Of a DNA stretch of 64,000 nucleotides, positions 48,905 through 58,775 are shown piece by piece. The position numbers and the translations under genes were made by a program. The stretch is from a virus. The stretch is taken from UHGV virus genome UHGV-0033085. One strand, written 5' to 3'. Under the pieces are notes generated by a model, which was given only the letters and a program-made list of their open reading frames with translations, was not told where the DNA came from and made no database searches. The stretch's first letter is position 1, and the number at the start of each line of letters is the position of its first letter.

Positions 48905-50140
48905 ATGACGACTACTGCACTGCAAAATGAAAAAAATCCTTCTGATTACCTTGTTTGCAAGTGGTGCGGCAAATCATTTCACTATTTTAAGTCCCATGTA
49001 GCCAATGGTAATTGCGAGGGCATTCCTGAGTCAGTAAAAGATGCCGATCCTGACACCGTACTGAAAATGTACACAACGCAGTTTCCAGATGAACCAACGC
49101 TATCGAAAAAGGCACTTGATGCAATTCAAGCTAAACGTGCCGAGCAAAAAAGCGAAATGGCCAAATCTTCTGGCTTGACCAGTAGCCCTGGCTACACAGG
49201 CACAGTTGAGTACAAGACAGATCTGGTCGCAGCTCACGAACTGCTAAACGTAACAGTGGAAGAACTCGGAACAAAACGTGGGACGCCGCTCATGGTTAGC
49301 GTCAACGTCAATACGCCGTATCCAGAGTTCGTTCCCGAAGTGAAGAAAGGCTACGTATATGGCGACTTCGAACTGATCAAAGATATTTTCATGATGCTTG
49401 AACTTGGCATACCTGGCTATTTGTGGGGTCATGCAGGAACAGGCAAATCGTCATTGCCTACACAGCTATGTGCTTTGCTCAATCGTCCGTTGATCCGTGC
49501 CCAACATACAGCATCAATGGAAGAGGCACATGTTACGGGGCAAATTCTGGCGCGTGATGGCTCTACGTATTTCGAACCTGGCTTGCTTGCGCTCGCAATG
49601 AAGCATGGCTGGGTTTACCTCGCGGATGAATACGACTTTGCGTTTCCACAAATTCTTGGCGTGTATCAGCCAGTGCTGGAAGGTGAAGCGTTGGTCATCA
49701 AAGAGGCAACTCCAGAATGGCGTCGCATTACTCCGCATGAACGGTTTGCTTTCATTGGCACTGGCAACACGAACGGATCTGGTGATGAAACCGGCTTGTA
49801 CCAGGGTACAAACATCCAGAACGCCGCGAACTTTTCGCGTTTTGGCATCGTTTCGAATGTGAAATACATGAGCAAAGACGCAGAGATCAACATGTTGACA
49901 AATGCAGGCATCGTGGATGAATACGCTGAAAAGATGGTTAAGTTTGCCGGTATCGTTCGCGATGGATACGAAGAACACCTCATTAGTCAGCCAATTGGCC
50001 CTCGTGAACTTTTGTTGTCGGCCAAGATTGGAATGATGCGAGGCGACTTTGTGACAGGTATTGAGCGTTCTTTCATTAACAAACTCCCTTCAGCTTCTGC
50101 ACAAGCGGCTCGTGAAGTTGTTCAAAAAATATTTGGTTAA
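48905..50140 (+). CDS. CobS/MoxR-like AAA+ ATPase
   Basis: Walker A GHAGTGKSS, Walker B YLADEYD; N-terminal Cys/His cluster CKWCGKSFHYFKSH. Confidence 0.6.
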   Translation: MTTTALQNEKNPSDYLVCKWCGKSFHYFKSHVANGNCEGIPESVKDADPDTVLKMYTTQFPDEPTLSKKALDAIQAKRAEQKSEMAKSSGLTSSPGYTGTVEYKTDLVAAHELLNVTVEELGTKRGTPLMVSVNVNTPYPEFVPEVKKGYVYGDFELIKDIFMMLELGIPGYLWGHAGTGKSSLPTQLCALLNRPLIRAQHTASMEEAHVTGQILARDGSTYFEPGLLALAMKHGWVYLADEYDFAFPQILGVYQPVLEGEALVIKEATPEWRRITPHERFAFIGTGNTNGSGDETGLYQGTNIQNAANFSRFGIVSNVKYMSKDAEINMLTNAGIVDEYAEKMVKFAGIVRDGYEEHLISQPIGPRELLLSAKIGMMRGDFVTGIERSFINKLPSASAQAAREVVQKIFG

Positions 50141-50192
50141 TCGTGCGTAAAGGATGTTTCGGCTCTCTTATCGCTGCTTCTGAAACTGGTAA

Positions 50193-50219
50193 GGCTTGTC
50201 TGGTGTGTCCAGACAAGCC
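50193..50219. promoter_or_regulatory. perfect 11-bp stem hairpin in gap before polymerase gene
   Basis: GGCTTGTCTGG-TGTGT-CCAGACAAGCC, no U-tract. Confidence 0.35.
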
Positions 50220-50320
50220 CGATTGTCACCAATCAGCAAAAGAAGTTGCGATTTCGATGCATGGGAAGTTCGTAGGCTTCCACAATGACAAAATCAAAAA
50301 AACCAGAAAGGTAAAAACAC

Positions 50321-52684
50321 ATGAAGGCACTGATGGTTCGAACTGACTTCTCACTTGGGGAGTCGGCTCTAAAAGCAGAAAACGCGGTGAAGATTGCCAG
50401 AGAAGCTGGCTACACCGCTGTAATTTCAGCAGATAGCATGAATATTGCGAGCGTTATTCCACTACAACGTGCCGCTGGTGACGACATGGCGGTTATTTGT
50501 GGTGTGAAACTAAACATTGTTGATGATCCCACATACGAGCACCGGGCTAAACTTGCTAAAGAATCTATGAGATGTATGGAATCATTAGAGCGAGGACGTA
50601 ACTACTCGTTTACCGCTCTAATTAAAAATGAGAAAGGATATCGCGACATCTGCGAACTAATGACGGCGGCCAACACACGAGAACAGTTCTACTTTGTACC
50701 GCGTCTCTCGCTCGAACAGTTGGTTTCTACATATGCCAAAGGCAACATCATCCTGCTTACTTCCGACATCGGTAGCGTGTTCCAACGCAACGATTTTGCA
50801 AAAATCATAAGCACACTGATTACAGCGGGTGGAAAAGACAACTTCTATAGTGTGGTTTATCCGCACCCTACCCCATTCTACGACCAGATTAACGTCCGGG
50901 CGATGAAAGTCGCCAGCGCATTGAAAATAGAGCCAGTGGCGTTCTATCCCGCTTATTACGAATCGATCGACGATGCAGACATTAAAGACATTGCGCACAT
51001 GGTTACGAACAACATCAAAATCGACCAGCCGCATCGTCTGCGTATCCCCCACCAGCGAGATAACGCCGTCAATGGTCGCCGCCATCTCCTTGAGGCGCTT
51101 AAAGCCTTCTCCGTTCGCATGGATGTGCCGGTAACAGCTGCAATGGCCTCAACAACGCAGGATACCATTATCGATGCCTGCACATGGCGCTGGCATGAAT
51201 TGCCGCCAGCACTGCCAAAGATGGCAGACGACGAGCCTGCAACGCTGATGAAACTGGCTGTTGCAGGGCTGCGTAAACGTCTTACCACAAAAGAGTTTGG
51301 CTACACACCACCTGCTTCTGAGAACAGGGTTTATGTTGAGCGGCTAAAGTACGAAATGGACACGCTGACTCGCCTGGGATTCTGTGGTTACTTCCTGATG
51401 GTGCGCGATCTGATGAATCATAGTCGTGAAACTGGCATTCCCGTTGGGCCTGGTCGTGGTTCCTCTGCCGGTTCTCTGGTGGCGTGGTGCATAGGCATAA
51501 CCAACGTCGACCCAATCCGTCACGGTCTTCTGTTTGAGCGTTTCATCAACCCTGAGCGTCTCGACTTGCCGGATGCGGACTTGGACTTCAGCCAGGCACG
51601 TCGCCATGAGGTGATCGAGTATCTGAATGAACGCTACGGCGAAGATTACGTTGCAGGCATTCCGAACTTCACCTACCTGGGCGCAGCCTCTGCACTACGT
51701 GATACCGCTCGTATTTATGGTGTGGAGTCCGCAGATATGGCGGTATCAAAAGAGCTGAAGAACGTCGAGGATGATAGCCTTCCATTGGAGGAGCTGCGCG
51801 AACAACTGGCAAGTCTCGACAAATACGCAACAAAATATCCTGATGCATTCAATGCAGCCTGCAAGTTACAAAGCCTTATGCGTGGCTTTGGTAGACATGC
51901 GGCAGGGATGATCGTAGCAGGTGTTCCTCTGACAGAACGTACACCGGTTGAACGCCGTGGTGACGCGCGTTGTATCGCATTTGACAAGCGTTACTGCGAG
52001 GCTATGGGCCTAATTAAGCTGGACGTACTCGGTCTGGCAACTCTCGATTTGCTCGATAGTGCAAAACGCTACATAAAAGAGAACACAGGTGAAGATATCA
52101 ATCTTGATGCCATTTCTCTTGAAGATCGCAAGGTGCTGGATGGTTTTGCTGCAGGGTATACACAGGGCGTATTCCAGCTTGAATCAGGCCCAATGCGCAA
52201 GCTGCTTAAAGATTTAGGTGGTGGAATTGAGCCAATGAGCTTTAAAACGGTCGTCGCTACAACTGCGCTCTTCCGACCTGGCCCGATTCAATCCGGCATG
52301 TTGGACGATTATGTGTCCGTGGCCAAAGGCTTCATGGCCCCACATTCCTTACACCCAATGCTGGACGACATCTCTCGCGACACAAACGGAGTTCTGATTT
52401 ATCAGGAACAGATCATGGCTGCTACGCGAATCTTGGCGGGGTTCTCAATGGCGGAAGCAGACTCGGTCAGGAAAGCGATCGGGAAAAAAGATATGGAGAA
52501 AATGAAATCCATTGGCGGCGACTTCATTAAGCGAGCGGAGGAAGGCTGGGTGACAGTGTCACTGGATGATGGTTCTACGAGAAAAATCCATAAAGCAGCA
52601 CGCCTACTTTGTGCTGATGGTGAGCGTCGCACTTATGCCGAAGCAATGGCAATAAATGCCGACATAACGAGCTTCGATATTTGA
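50321..52684 (+). CDS. dnaE: DNA polymerase III alpha (DnaE-type), N-terminal fragment; last about 45 codons non-homologous
   Basis: PHP-like N-terminus; core motif GPGRGSSAGSLVAWCIGITNVDP, LLFERFINPER, DADLDF; homology ends near 52546. Confidence 0.8.
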   Translation: MKALMVRTDFSLGESALKAENAVKIAREAGYTAVISADSMNIASVIPLQRAAGDDMAVICGVKLNIVDDPTYEHRAKLAKESMRCMESLERGRNYSFTALIKNEKGYRDICELMTAANTREQFYFVPRLSLEQLVSTYAKGNIILLTSDIGSVFQRNDFAKIISTLITAGGKDNFYSVVYPHPTPFYDQINVRAMKVASALKIEPVAFYPAYYESIDDADIKDIAHMVTNNIKIDQPHRLRIPHQRDNAVNGRRHLLEALKAFSVRMDVPVTAAMASTTQDTIIDACTWRWHELPPALPKMADDEPATLMKLAVAGLRKRLTTKEFGYTPPASENRVYVERLKYEMDTLTRLGFCGYFLMVRDLMNHSRETGIPVGPGRGSSAGSLVAWCIGITNVDPIRHGLLFERFINPERLDLPDADLDFSQARRHEVIEYLNERYGEDYVAGIPNFTYLGAASALRDTARIYGVESADMAVSKELKNVEDDSLPLEELREQLASLDKYATKYPDAFNAACKLQSLMRGFGRHAAGMIVAGVPLTERTPVERRGDARCIAFDKRYCEAMGLIKLDVLGLATLDLLDSAKRYIKENTGEDINLDAISLEDRKVLDGFAAGYTQGVFQLESGPMRKLLKDLGGGIEPMSFKTVVATTALFRPGPIQSGMLDDYVSVAKGFMAPHSLHPMLDDISRDTNGVLIYQEQIMAATRILAGFSMAEADSVRKAIGKKDMEKMKSIGGDFIKRAEEGWVTVSLDDGSTRKIHKAARLLCADGERRTYAEAMAINADITSFDI

Positions 52685-52732
52685 GAATTAATTTATAAGA
52701 TAAGAAAACAATTTGTTTAGTGAGTCTTAGAA

Positions 52733-53467
52733 ATGCCGAGTACGAAGTACAAAATCACAGAAGAATGGTTACGTCAGCGTTACATGGTTGACCTGATGAG
52801 AAAAGAAGACATTGCCGCCGAAGCTGGTTGCAGCAAGGCAAATATTGACCGCTTATTAGCCAAATGGGGGATCAGGCGCGGAAGCGCGCGGATCTCCGCT
52901 ACCCCAGCCTGGAATCGTGGCAAAAACAAAAATAATGACGAACGTATGAAGCGTCTCTCCGAAGCCCGGACTGGCACTGGCAACCCTATGTATGGGAAAA
53001 CCTCGTGGAATGCCGGTCTGCGTGCTGATATCGATGAGCGAGTGGCCACCGTTTCGAAAAAGCTAACCGGCAGAACAATCCGCGCGGAGACGAAGGAAAA
53101 GCTGGCGGCTGCCAAACGTGGAAAGATCGGAGAAGAAGCGAACAACTACAAAGGTGGCATCATCGTAAAAACCAACGGCTACATGATGCAGCTGGTTGGT
53201 AACAATGGCGTTTCGCAATACGAATACGTTCATCGATTGATAGCGAAAGAACGTCTCGGTCGGGAGCTACGTGACGATGAACATGTCCACCATATTAACC
53301 GCGATACGATAGATAACGCCCCTGGGAATCTTGTAGCACTTCCAGAAGACGCCCACATTCGCCTGCATAGTGAAATGCGTGAAGAGATATGGAGCTGGGA
53401 GCGCCAACGGAACTGGCTGGCCTCCAATGGGTATGAGTTCGTGAAGATTGATGAGGTGACTGCATGA
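52733..53467 (+). CDS. HNH homing endonuclease (NUMOD-like repeats + HNH)
   Basis: HNH motif HHINRDTIDNAPGNLVALPEDAHIRLH; repeated GKxxWNxG / KRLSEARTG-type motifs. Confidence 0.8.
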   Translation: MPSTKYKITEEWLRQRYMVDLMRKEDIAAEAGCSKANIDRLLAKWGIRRGSARISATPAWNRGKNKNNDERMKRLSEARTGTGNPMYGKTSWNAGLRADIDERVATVSKKLTGRTIRAETKEKLAAAKRGKIGEEANNYKGGIIVKTNGYMMQLVGNNGVSQYEYVHRLIAKERLGRELRDDEHVHHINRDTIDNAPGNLVALPEDAHIRLHSEMREEIWSWERQRNWLASNGYEFVKIDEVTA

Positions 53468-54633
53468 AAATTACCGGTGTTGTCGAAGAGAGCAATGGCC
53501 TGACGCACGAACGAGCCGAAGAAATCTGGAATATGTTTGAGAAATCCGGCGCGTATGCCTTCAACAAATCACACTCTGTTGCTTACTCCTTAATCAGTTA
53601 TCAATCTATGTGGTTGAAAACTCATTATCCCGCGGAGTTCTTCGCTGCTGCTCTCACTATTCTTGGCGAAGATAAACACCAGGGGCTGGTTAAAGATGCG
53701 CTGACCTATGGTATTCGCGTATTGCCACCAGACGTTAACGTGTCATCTAACCGAATCGAGATCCGCACGCTTGAAGATGGCAGCCAGGTGCTGTATGCGC
53801 CCTTCTCTGCTGTGAAAGGGTGTTCTGAGAATGGCTGCCAAGCCATCATGAGAGCGCGAGAAAAAGTTGGCGGCAAATTCGAGTCACTGGCGCAATTCGA
53901 AGAAGCTGTCGAGAAACGTGCCTGTAATAGTCGAGTGCGCGAATCGCTGCAAAAAGTAGGGGCGTTTGCATCCATCGAGCCAGGTAGTCTGCCAGCAACT
54001 GATCCAGAGCGCCTACGCGACCAGGCTGAATTGATGGGAAACCTTGTCATAGACGCAGTTAAAGCCTCACGTCCGTTTGAGATGAACCCCAAACGTTCGG
54101 CTGAGATTAACGTACTCATGACGCGGATGGCGGCTGAAATGGGCTTAGGTGATGAACTAATCCGCCCCAGCATTGGTATTAAGCCGAAAATCATGATCAT
54201 TCTGGACAATGCGAACGGCAATGATGCTCGAACCGGTTACTTTATGGAGAACGGATACGACGATTTTAAGGCCAAGCTGTTGACGGCTGGGGATTTGCGC
54301 ATGGGCGATCTCTATGTCACAGGCGTTTGCAAAAAGGTGAAAGACAAAGAAAAGGACTACACCAAAGACGAGATCGGCCAGTTCACCGACTTTATGCGTG
54401 AAGAGATCAATCTGGTGCGCCCGACCTATGTGCTGACGTGTGGTAGCCGGGCAACGGCATTGTTTAACAACAAAAACAAGCCATCCGATTTGGTCGGCAG
54501 GAAGGAGTATCTTCCAGACCTTGACGTTACTGTCTTTTACGGGTTTAACCCCAACATTCTTTACTTCAGACCTGAAGAGGGAGAACGACTAGAAGCGATA
54601 TTAGCCGACGTAGCAGAAACTATTAAGTCGTGA
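53464..54633 (+). CDS. dnaE: DNA polymerase III alpha (DnaE-type), C-terminal fragment
   Basis: Motif YAFNKSHSVAYSLISYQSMWLKTHYPAEFFAA; own ATG with GAGGTG upstream. Confidence 0.8.
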   Translation: MKITGVVEESNGLTHERAEEIWNMFEKSGAYAFNKSHSVAYSLISYQSMWLKTHYPAEFFAAALTILGEDKHQGLVKDALTYGIRVLPPDVNVSSNRIEIRTLEDGSQVLYAPFSAVKGCSENGCQAIMRAREKVGGKFESLAQFEEAVEKRACNSRVRESLQKVGAFASIEPGSLPATDPERLRDQAELMGNLVIDAVKASRPFEMNPKRSAEINVLMTRMAAEMGLGDELIRPSIGIKPKIMIILDNANGNDARTGYFMENGYDDFKAKLLTAGDLRMGDLYVTGVCKKVKDKEKDYTKDEIGQFTDFMREEINLVRPTYVLTCGSRATALFNNKNKPSDLVGRKEYLPDLDVTVFYGFNPNILYFRPEEGERLEAILADVAETIKS

Positions 54634-54640
54634 TCCAATA

Positions 54641-54670
54641 AACATGGCCTCTATGGCCATGTTTTCTCTT
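54641..54670 (+). terminator. rho-independent terminator after polymerase
   Basis: AACATGGCC-TCTA-TGGCCATGTT followed by TTCTCTT. Confidence 0.6.
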
Positions 54671-54758
54671 ATCCCCTCATATCCCCTATCCTCGAACTCC
54701 TTGCCTTATCATCACAATGATATAATCAATATAAGATGATAAGTAAAAAGGAAAGCAC

Positions 54759-55190
54759 ATGATCACCGATATTTACGAGAAAATAATGTCTGATCTCGAG
54801 TTTGACCGAGACAATCTGGAGGAAGTCTGGCGTAGACAACCCCGCCTTTTAATGGAGTATGGCTCAAAACTCGCTCATGCAGAAAGAAGTGTCGCAGAGG
54901 CAAAACTTAACCTTGAAGCTGTTGAAGCAAAGCTATACGACACAGAGCGTAAGAACTTGAGTATGAACGGCATTAAGTTCAACGAATCTGTACTGGACGC
55001 TAAGGTTAAAACAAACCCACAGTATCTGTCTAAAAGGCAGAAGTTGGATGAAGCACGGCACATCGCAGACATATACAAACATGCTGTCGCCGCCTTTTCG
55101 CATCGCCGAGACATGATCGTTCAGGCGTCAAAGATGGCCATCGTTGAATTAGAGCGATTAGGCTCTGAACGCTTTATTACTCCCCGTTGA
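54759..55190 (+). CDS. hypothetical protein (weak UvsY-like resemblance)
   Basis: 143-aa helical ORF between polymerase and SSB; CACATG start context. Confidence 0.35.
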   Translation: MITDIYEKIMSDLEFDRDNLEEVWRRQPRLLMEYGSKLAHAERSVAEAKLNLEAVEAKLYDTERKNLSMNGIKFNESVLDAKVKTNPQYLSKRQKLDEARHIADIYKHAVAAFSHRRDMIVQASKMAIVELERLGSERFITPR

Positions 55191-55307
55191 TTTTTGATAG
55201 ATAATAAGTAAGTACTGATCTATCATTTAACAGCTCGAAAGAGCCACGAATGAACGAAAGCCCAACGCGCATAGCGCCATCGGCCAAATCACAACAAGGA
55301 GAAACAC

Positions 55308-56336
55308 ATGTCTAAGACATTACTTGATTTGCTTAACAAAACTCGTGAAGACATTGCCGCCAAACGTGGTAACAACGTTGATCTGACTCGCTTAAAAGAC
55401 GGCGTCAACTATATCCGCATCTTCCCGAATAAAGACGACCCAAACGGTAAGTTCTTCCAGACTTTCGGTATGCACTACGTTAAGTATCAGAACGAGGAAG
55501 GTAAAGAAGCAACCAACGCTTATATTTGTGAGCAACATACTCACGGTCGCGCTTGTCAGCTATGCGAAATGGTGATGGAAGGTCGCGCTCGTCACAAGGG
55601 TAACAAAGCAATGGAAGAACGCATCGGTCAAATGCGTGCCACTCCTCGCTACCTGGTCAACGGCATTCTTTCTGCTCGTGAGGATTTCGCAGATGCTGAG
55701 AAATGCCAGTTAATCGAGCTGCCGTCTACTGTATTCGATGATATCTGCAAAGCAATCACCGAAGACATCGCTGATGATATCGGCAATCCACTGAGCAAAG
55801 AGGAAGGCTACGCATTCCTGATTAAACGTACTGGCTCTGGTCGCGATACCAAATATGACGTCTCGCCTAAGCGTAAAGTCTACAAAGGCGATATCGAAGA
55901 TAAATTCTGGAATACCCAGCATGATCTGATCGCATACGCAAATCAGGCTGATGAAACTCGTCTTCTGTCGACAGTTCGCACTATGGGTCGTCTGATTGGC
56001 ATCGCTGCACCAACTGCCGCAGCATCTGCACCAGCAATTTCCTCAACCGCGAAAACATCGGCTGCGGCACTACCTGGATTTGGCTCTGTCACTGGTCATA
56101 CGGAGGGTGCGACTGCTGTAGCTACCGCTCATACCCCAGCTTCTGAACCAACCAGTCTGGTTGATGAAGAAATCCTCCGTGCCGTTGAAACTGAATTTAA
56201 ACCAGAAGCAAGTTCCGCTGCCGTTGCAGTATCAGTCAAAGAGTCTGAAGCAGTCGCAGCGACATCTGTAGCAGCCGCATCTGCGACGGAAGATGAAGGT
56301 CTGGATGACCTACTGAGAGAGCTGGACTCTCTGTAA
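55308..56336 (+). CDS. ssDNA-binding protein (T4 gp32-like, putative)
   Basis: Zinc-type motif CEQHTHGRACQLC, segment YIRIFPNKDDPNG, Ala/Ser-rich linker, acidic C-terminus. Confidence 0.5.
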   Translation: MSKTLLDLLNKTREDIAAKRGNNVDLTRLKDGVNYIRIFPNKDDPNGKFFQTFGMHYVKYQNEEGKEATNAYICEQHTHGRACQLCEMVMEGRARHKGNKAMEERIGQMRATPRYLVNGILSAREDFADAEKCQLIELPSTVFDDICKAITEDIADDIGNPLSKEEGYAFLIKRTGSGRDTKYDVSPKRKVYKGDIEDKFWNTQHDLIAYANQADETRLLSTVRTMGRLIGIAAPTAAASAPAISSTAKTSAAALPGFGSVTGHTEGATAVATAHTPASEPTSLVDEEILRAVETEFKPEASSAAVAVSVKESEAVAATSVAAASATEDEGLDDLLRELDSL

Positions 56337-56352
56337 TCCCATTACGTGACCA

Positions 56353-56383
56353 GTAAGGCGTCTACGGACGCCTTACTTTTTGG
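56353..56383 (+). terminator. rho-independent terminator
   Basis: GTAAGGCGTC-TACG-GACGCCTTAC followed by TTTTTGG. Confidence 0.7.
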
Positions 56384-56396
56384 AAGGAATGTACCG

Positions 56397-57341
56397 GTGA
56401 ATTATCTCTTCGTAGATGGCAATAGCCTGGGTTATTACCACCAACAATCTGACAAATTGCACAACGGCGAAATGGAAGTACAGGCTGCTTTCGGCTTTGT
56501 TAAGAACGTCCGTCGTTATGCCTCCATCCTCCATGCCCGACCTATGATTCTTTGGGATGGATTTAGTGACAAGCGTCGCGACTTTTACCCGGACTACAAA
56601 GCAAATCGCGACGACGATCCTGATATGAAAAAGATGAAGGAAGGCTTTGCTATCCAGAAGCCATACATCCTCAAAATGATGACCGCGCTTGGAGTTACCC
56701 AACTCATTGCAAAAGATGCAGAAGCGGATGATCTGGCCGGGCTGCTGGTAGCCAGCATTGCACCGCAGCCAATCGTTGAACACATCTATCTGTTAACAGG
56801 CGATAGCGACTGGCTTCAGTTAGTTCGCGAAAACGTAAGCTGGGTAAGCCTGCGCGAAGACGCCAAAAACAAGCAGGTTAATTTTGAGCAATTTGCGGAG
56901 CTGACAGGATTCGCTACTCCTCGCGCATTTTTGGAAGCAAAAGCATTACAAGGCGATAAATCGGACAACATTAGCGGTGTTGGTGGCATTGGTGCTGGCG
57001 GTGCGAAAGAGCTGCTGCATGAATGGGGAAGTGTCGCAACGATGGTGCGCGGCATCAACGACGGCTCAATCGTGGTTGACAAAGGACGCCATAAGACCGC
57101 CTTCAACAAACTAGCGAAGAATGCCTTCAACGAGAAAACAGGCTGTCGAATGCTCGAAGCGTTCAAGAGAAACATCACGCTAATGAACCTGATTGAGACG
57201 AAGTTTCCGCCTACCGAAATCGAAACAATCAAAGGCAATCGTGACGTGAAAGCATTCGAGCAACTGTGCTACGAGCTGAATTTCCGTTCGTTCCTTGAAG
57301 ACCTTGAAGTGTTTGTTCTTCCATTCGAAAGGTATTGCTAA
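56397..57341 (+). CDS. 5'-3' exonuclease / flap endonuclease (FEN family)
   Basis: GTG 56397 after GGAAGGA; motifs YLFVDGNSLGYY and AEADDLAG. Confidence 0.65.
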   Translation: MNYLFVDGNSLGYYHQQSDKLHNGEMEVQAAFGFVKNVRRYASILHARPMILWDGFSDKRRDFYPDYKANRDDDPDMKKMKEGFAIQKPYILKMMTALGVTQLIAKDAEADDLAGLLVASIAPQPIVEHIYLLTGDSDWLQLVRENVSWVSLREDAKNKQVNFEQFAELTGFATPRAFLEAKALQGDKSDNISGVGGIGAGGAKELLHEWGSVATMVRGINDGSIVVDKGRHKTAFNKLAKNAFNEKTGCRMLEAFKRNITLMNLIETKFPPTEIETIKGNRDVKAFEQLCYELNFRSFLEDLEVFVLPFERYC

Positions 57342-57607
57342 TGCTTAAATCGATTATTAATGGCGCTACAACCACCCCTGCCCAACTGGCAAAAGAGATT
57401 GTCTTTTATCACGGTGAGTACGCTGTCATCGCACTGCCGTCAATTCTAGGCGCTGCCGGAATGAAAGCGACAGATCGCGAGTTTGGATTAGTCAGCGAGC
57501 AGGTCGTAAAAATCCTCGCTCGTGTATCCAGACTCCTTAACCACGATGCGATTGTATTCGACGAATCCGCCGCTTTAAAACGAATCAACGAAACAAAAGG
57601 AGCCTGA
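57335..57607 (+). CDS. hypothetical protein
   Basis: 90-aa ORF coupled to flanking genes. Confidence 0.3.
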   Translation: MLMLKSIINGATTTPAQLAKEIVFYHGEYAVIALPSILGAAGMKATDREFGLVSEQVVKILARVSRLLNHDAIVFDESAALKRINETKGA

Positions 57608-57609
57608 TC

Positions 57610-58683
57610 ATGGCAAAAGGAAAATCCGCACTGGCACTTGCTCTGAAAAAGAAAATCGGTAGCAACGACGAAATTCAGAAAGTAACTCATTGGATTGACA
57701 CAGGCTTTCCTCCGTTAAACAAAGCGATTTCCGGTCGTTACGATGGCGGTTTCCCATGTGGTCGTATCGTAGAAGTATTCGGGCCACCAAGCGCGGGGAA
57801 AACCTTTTTGGCAACGGCAGCAATGATCTCCGCACAGAAACAAGATGGTCTGGCGGTATTCCTCGATCATGAGAACAGTTTTGACGTTGGCCTGGCTGTA
57901 GCCAATGGTTTGAATGCAGATGAGGATGACGGTCAGTGGGTATACAAGCAGCCTGATACCTTCGAAGACTCTGTAGAGTTGATCGGCACAATTCTTAAAT
58001 TGGTACGTGATGAAGAGCTTATTCCTGAATCAGCACCTATCTGTATCGTGGCTGACTCACTTGCGTCTATGGTTCCGAACTCCAAAGCCGAGAAGTTCGA
58101 AAAGATGGCTGAAGGCACTGCCAAAGACAAAGATCAGCTAAACATGAACGACAATACGGCACTGGCTCGTGCGACAAGTGCGAACTTCCCTACTCTGGCT
58201 TTGTGGGCACGCAAATACAACGCCTGCATCATCTTCTTGAATCAGGTTCGCACAAAAATCGGTGTAATGTTTGGCGACCCTACTACGTCTCCAGGTGGAG
58301 ATTCACCGAAGTTCTACGCTTCTGTACGTATCCGTCTTGGTGCATCGGTGATGAAGGATGGTAAAGAGAAGATCGGCCAGGACGTAGGCGCAGAATGCAT
58401 CAAAAACAAAGTTGCACCACCGTATGGCAAATGCACCTGGAAATTCTACTTCGATCCTACTCGTGGCCTCGACGTTATCGAATCGCTCGTCGAGTACATG
58501 CTGGAAGAAGGATACCTGCCAAAGAACGCCAGCGGGCGAGTTGAAATTGGTGACAAGAAATACACCAAATCGCAGATCGTCGAGATGTATCGGGAGAAGC
58601 CACTGGCTGAAATCATTGCGGCTTTGCAGGCAATCGACGACCGAAGAGCAAAAGACAACCCCACCGAGTCAGTAGAAGAGTAA
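57610..58683 (+). CDS. RecA/UvsX-family recombinase
   Basis: Walker A GPPSAGKT; RecA-like core. Confidence 0.7.
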   Translation: MAKGKSALALALKKKIGSNDEIQKVTHWIDTGFPPLNKAISGRYDGGFPCGRIVEVFGPPSAGKTFLATAAMISAQKQDGLAVFLDHENSFDVGLAVANGLNADEDDGQWVYKQPDTFEDSVELIGTILKLVRDEELIPESAPICIVADSLASMVPNSKAEKFEKMAEGTAKDKDQLNMNDNTALARATSANFPTLALWARKYNACIIFLNQVRTKIGVMFGDPTTSPGGDSPKFYASVRIRLGASVMKDGKEKIGQDVGAECIKNKVAPPYGKCTWKFYFDPTRGLDVIESLVEYMLEEGYLPKNASGRVEIGDKKYTKSQIVEMYREKPLAEIIAALQAIDDRRAKDNPTESVEE

Positions 58684-58687
58684 ACAC

Positions 58688-58714
58688 AAGGCGTCCACAG
58701 GACGCCTTTTTTAT
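58688..58714 (+). terminator. rho-independent terminator
   Basis: AAGGCGTCC-ACAG-GACGCCTT followed by TTTTTATC. Confidence 0.7.
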
Positions 58715-58775
58715 CTCTTGAAAATATATAAGTACTTACTTATTATTTTCGCATAACAACCACATAGGAAAACAC

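Noticed and set aside
50143-50346. 67-aa Cys-containing ORF between the CobS-like and DnaE genes
   Set aside because: Alternative-start ORF that spans a perfect 11-bp hairpin and overlaps the dnaE start; no RBS; more likely regulatory intergenic DNA
52547-53493. Intein interpretation of the DnaE interruption
   Set aside because: The insert contains an in-frame stop and a frame change, and the flanking extra residues (45 + 10 aa) are too few for intein splicing domains; intron or fragmented gene fits better
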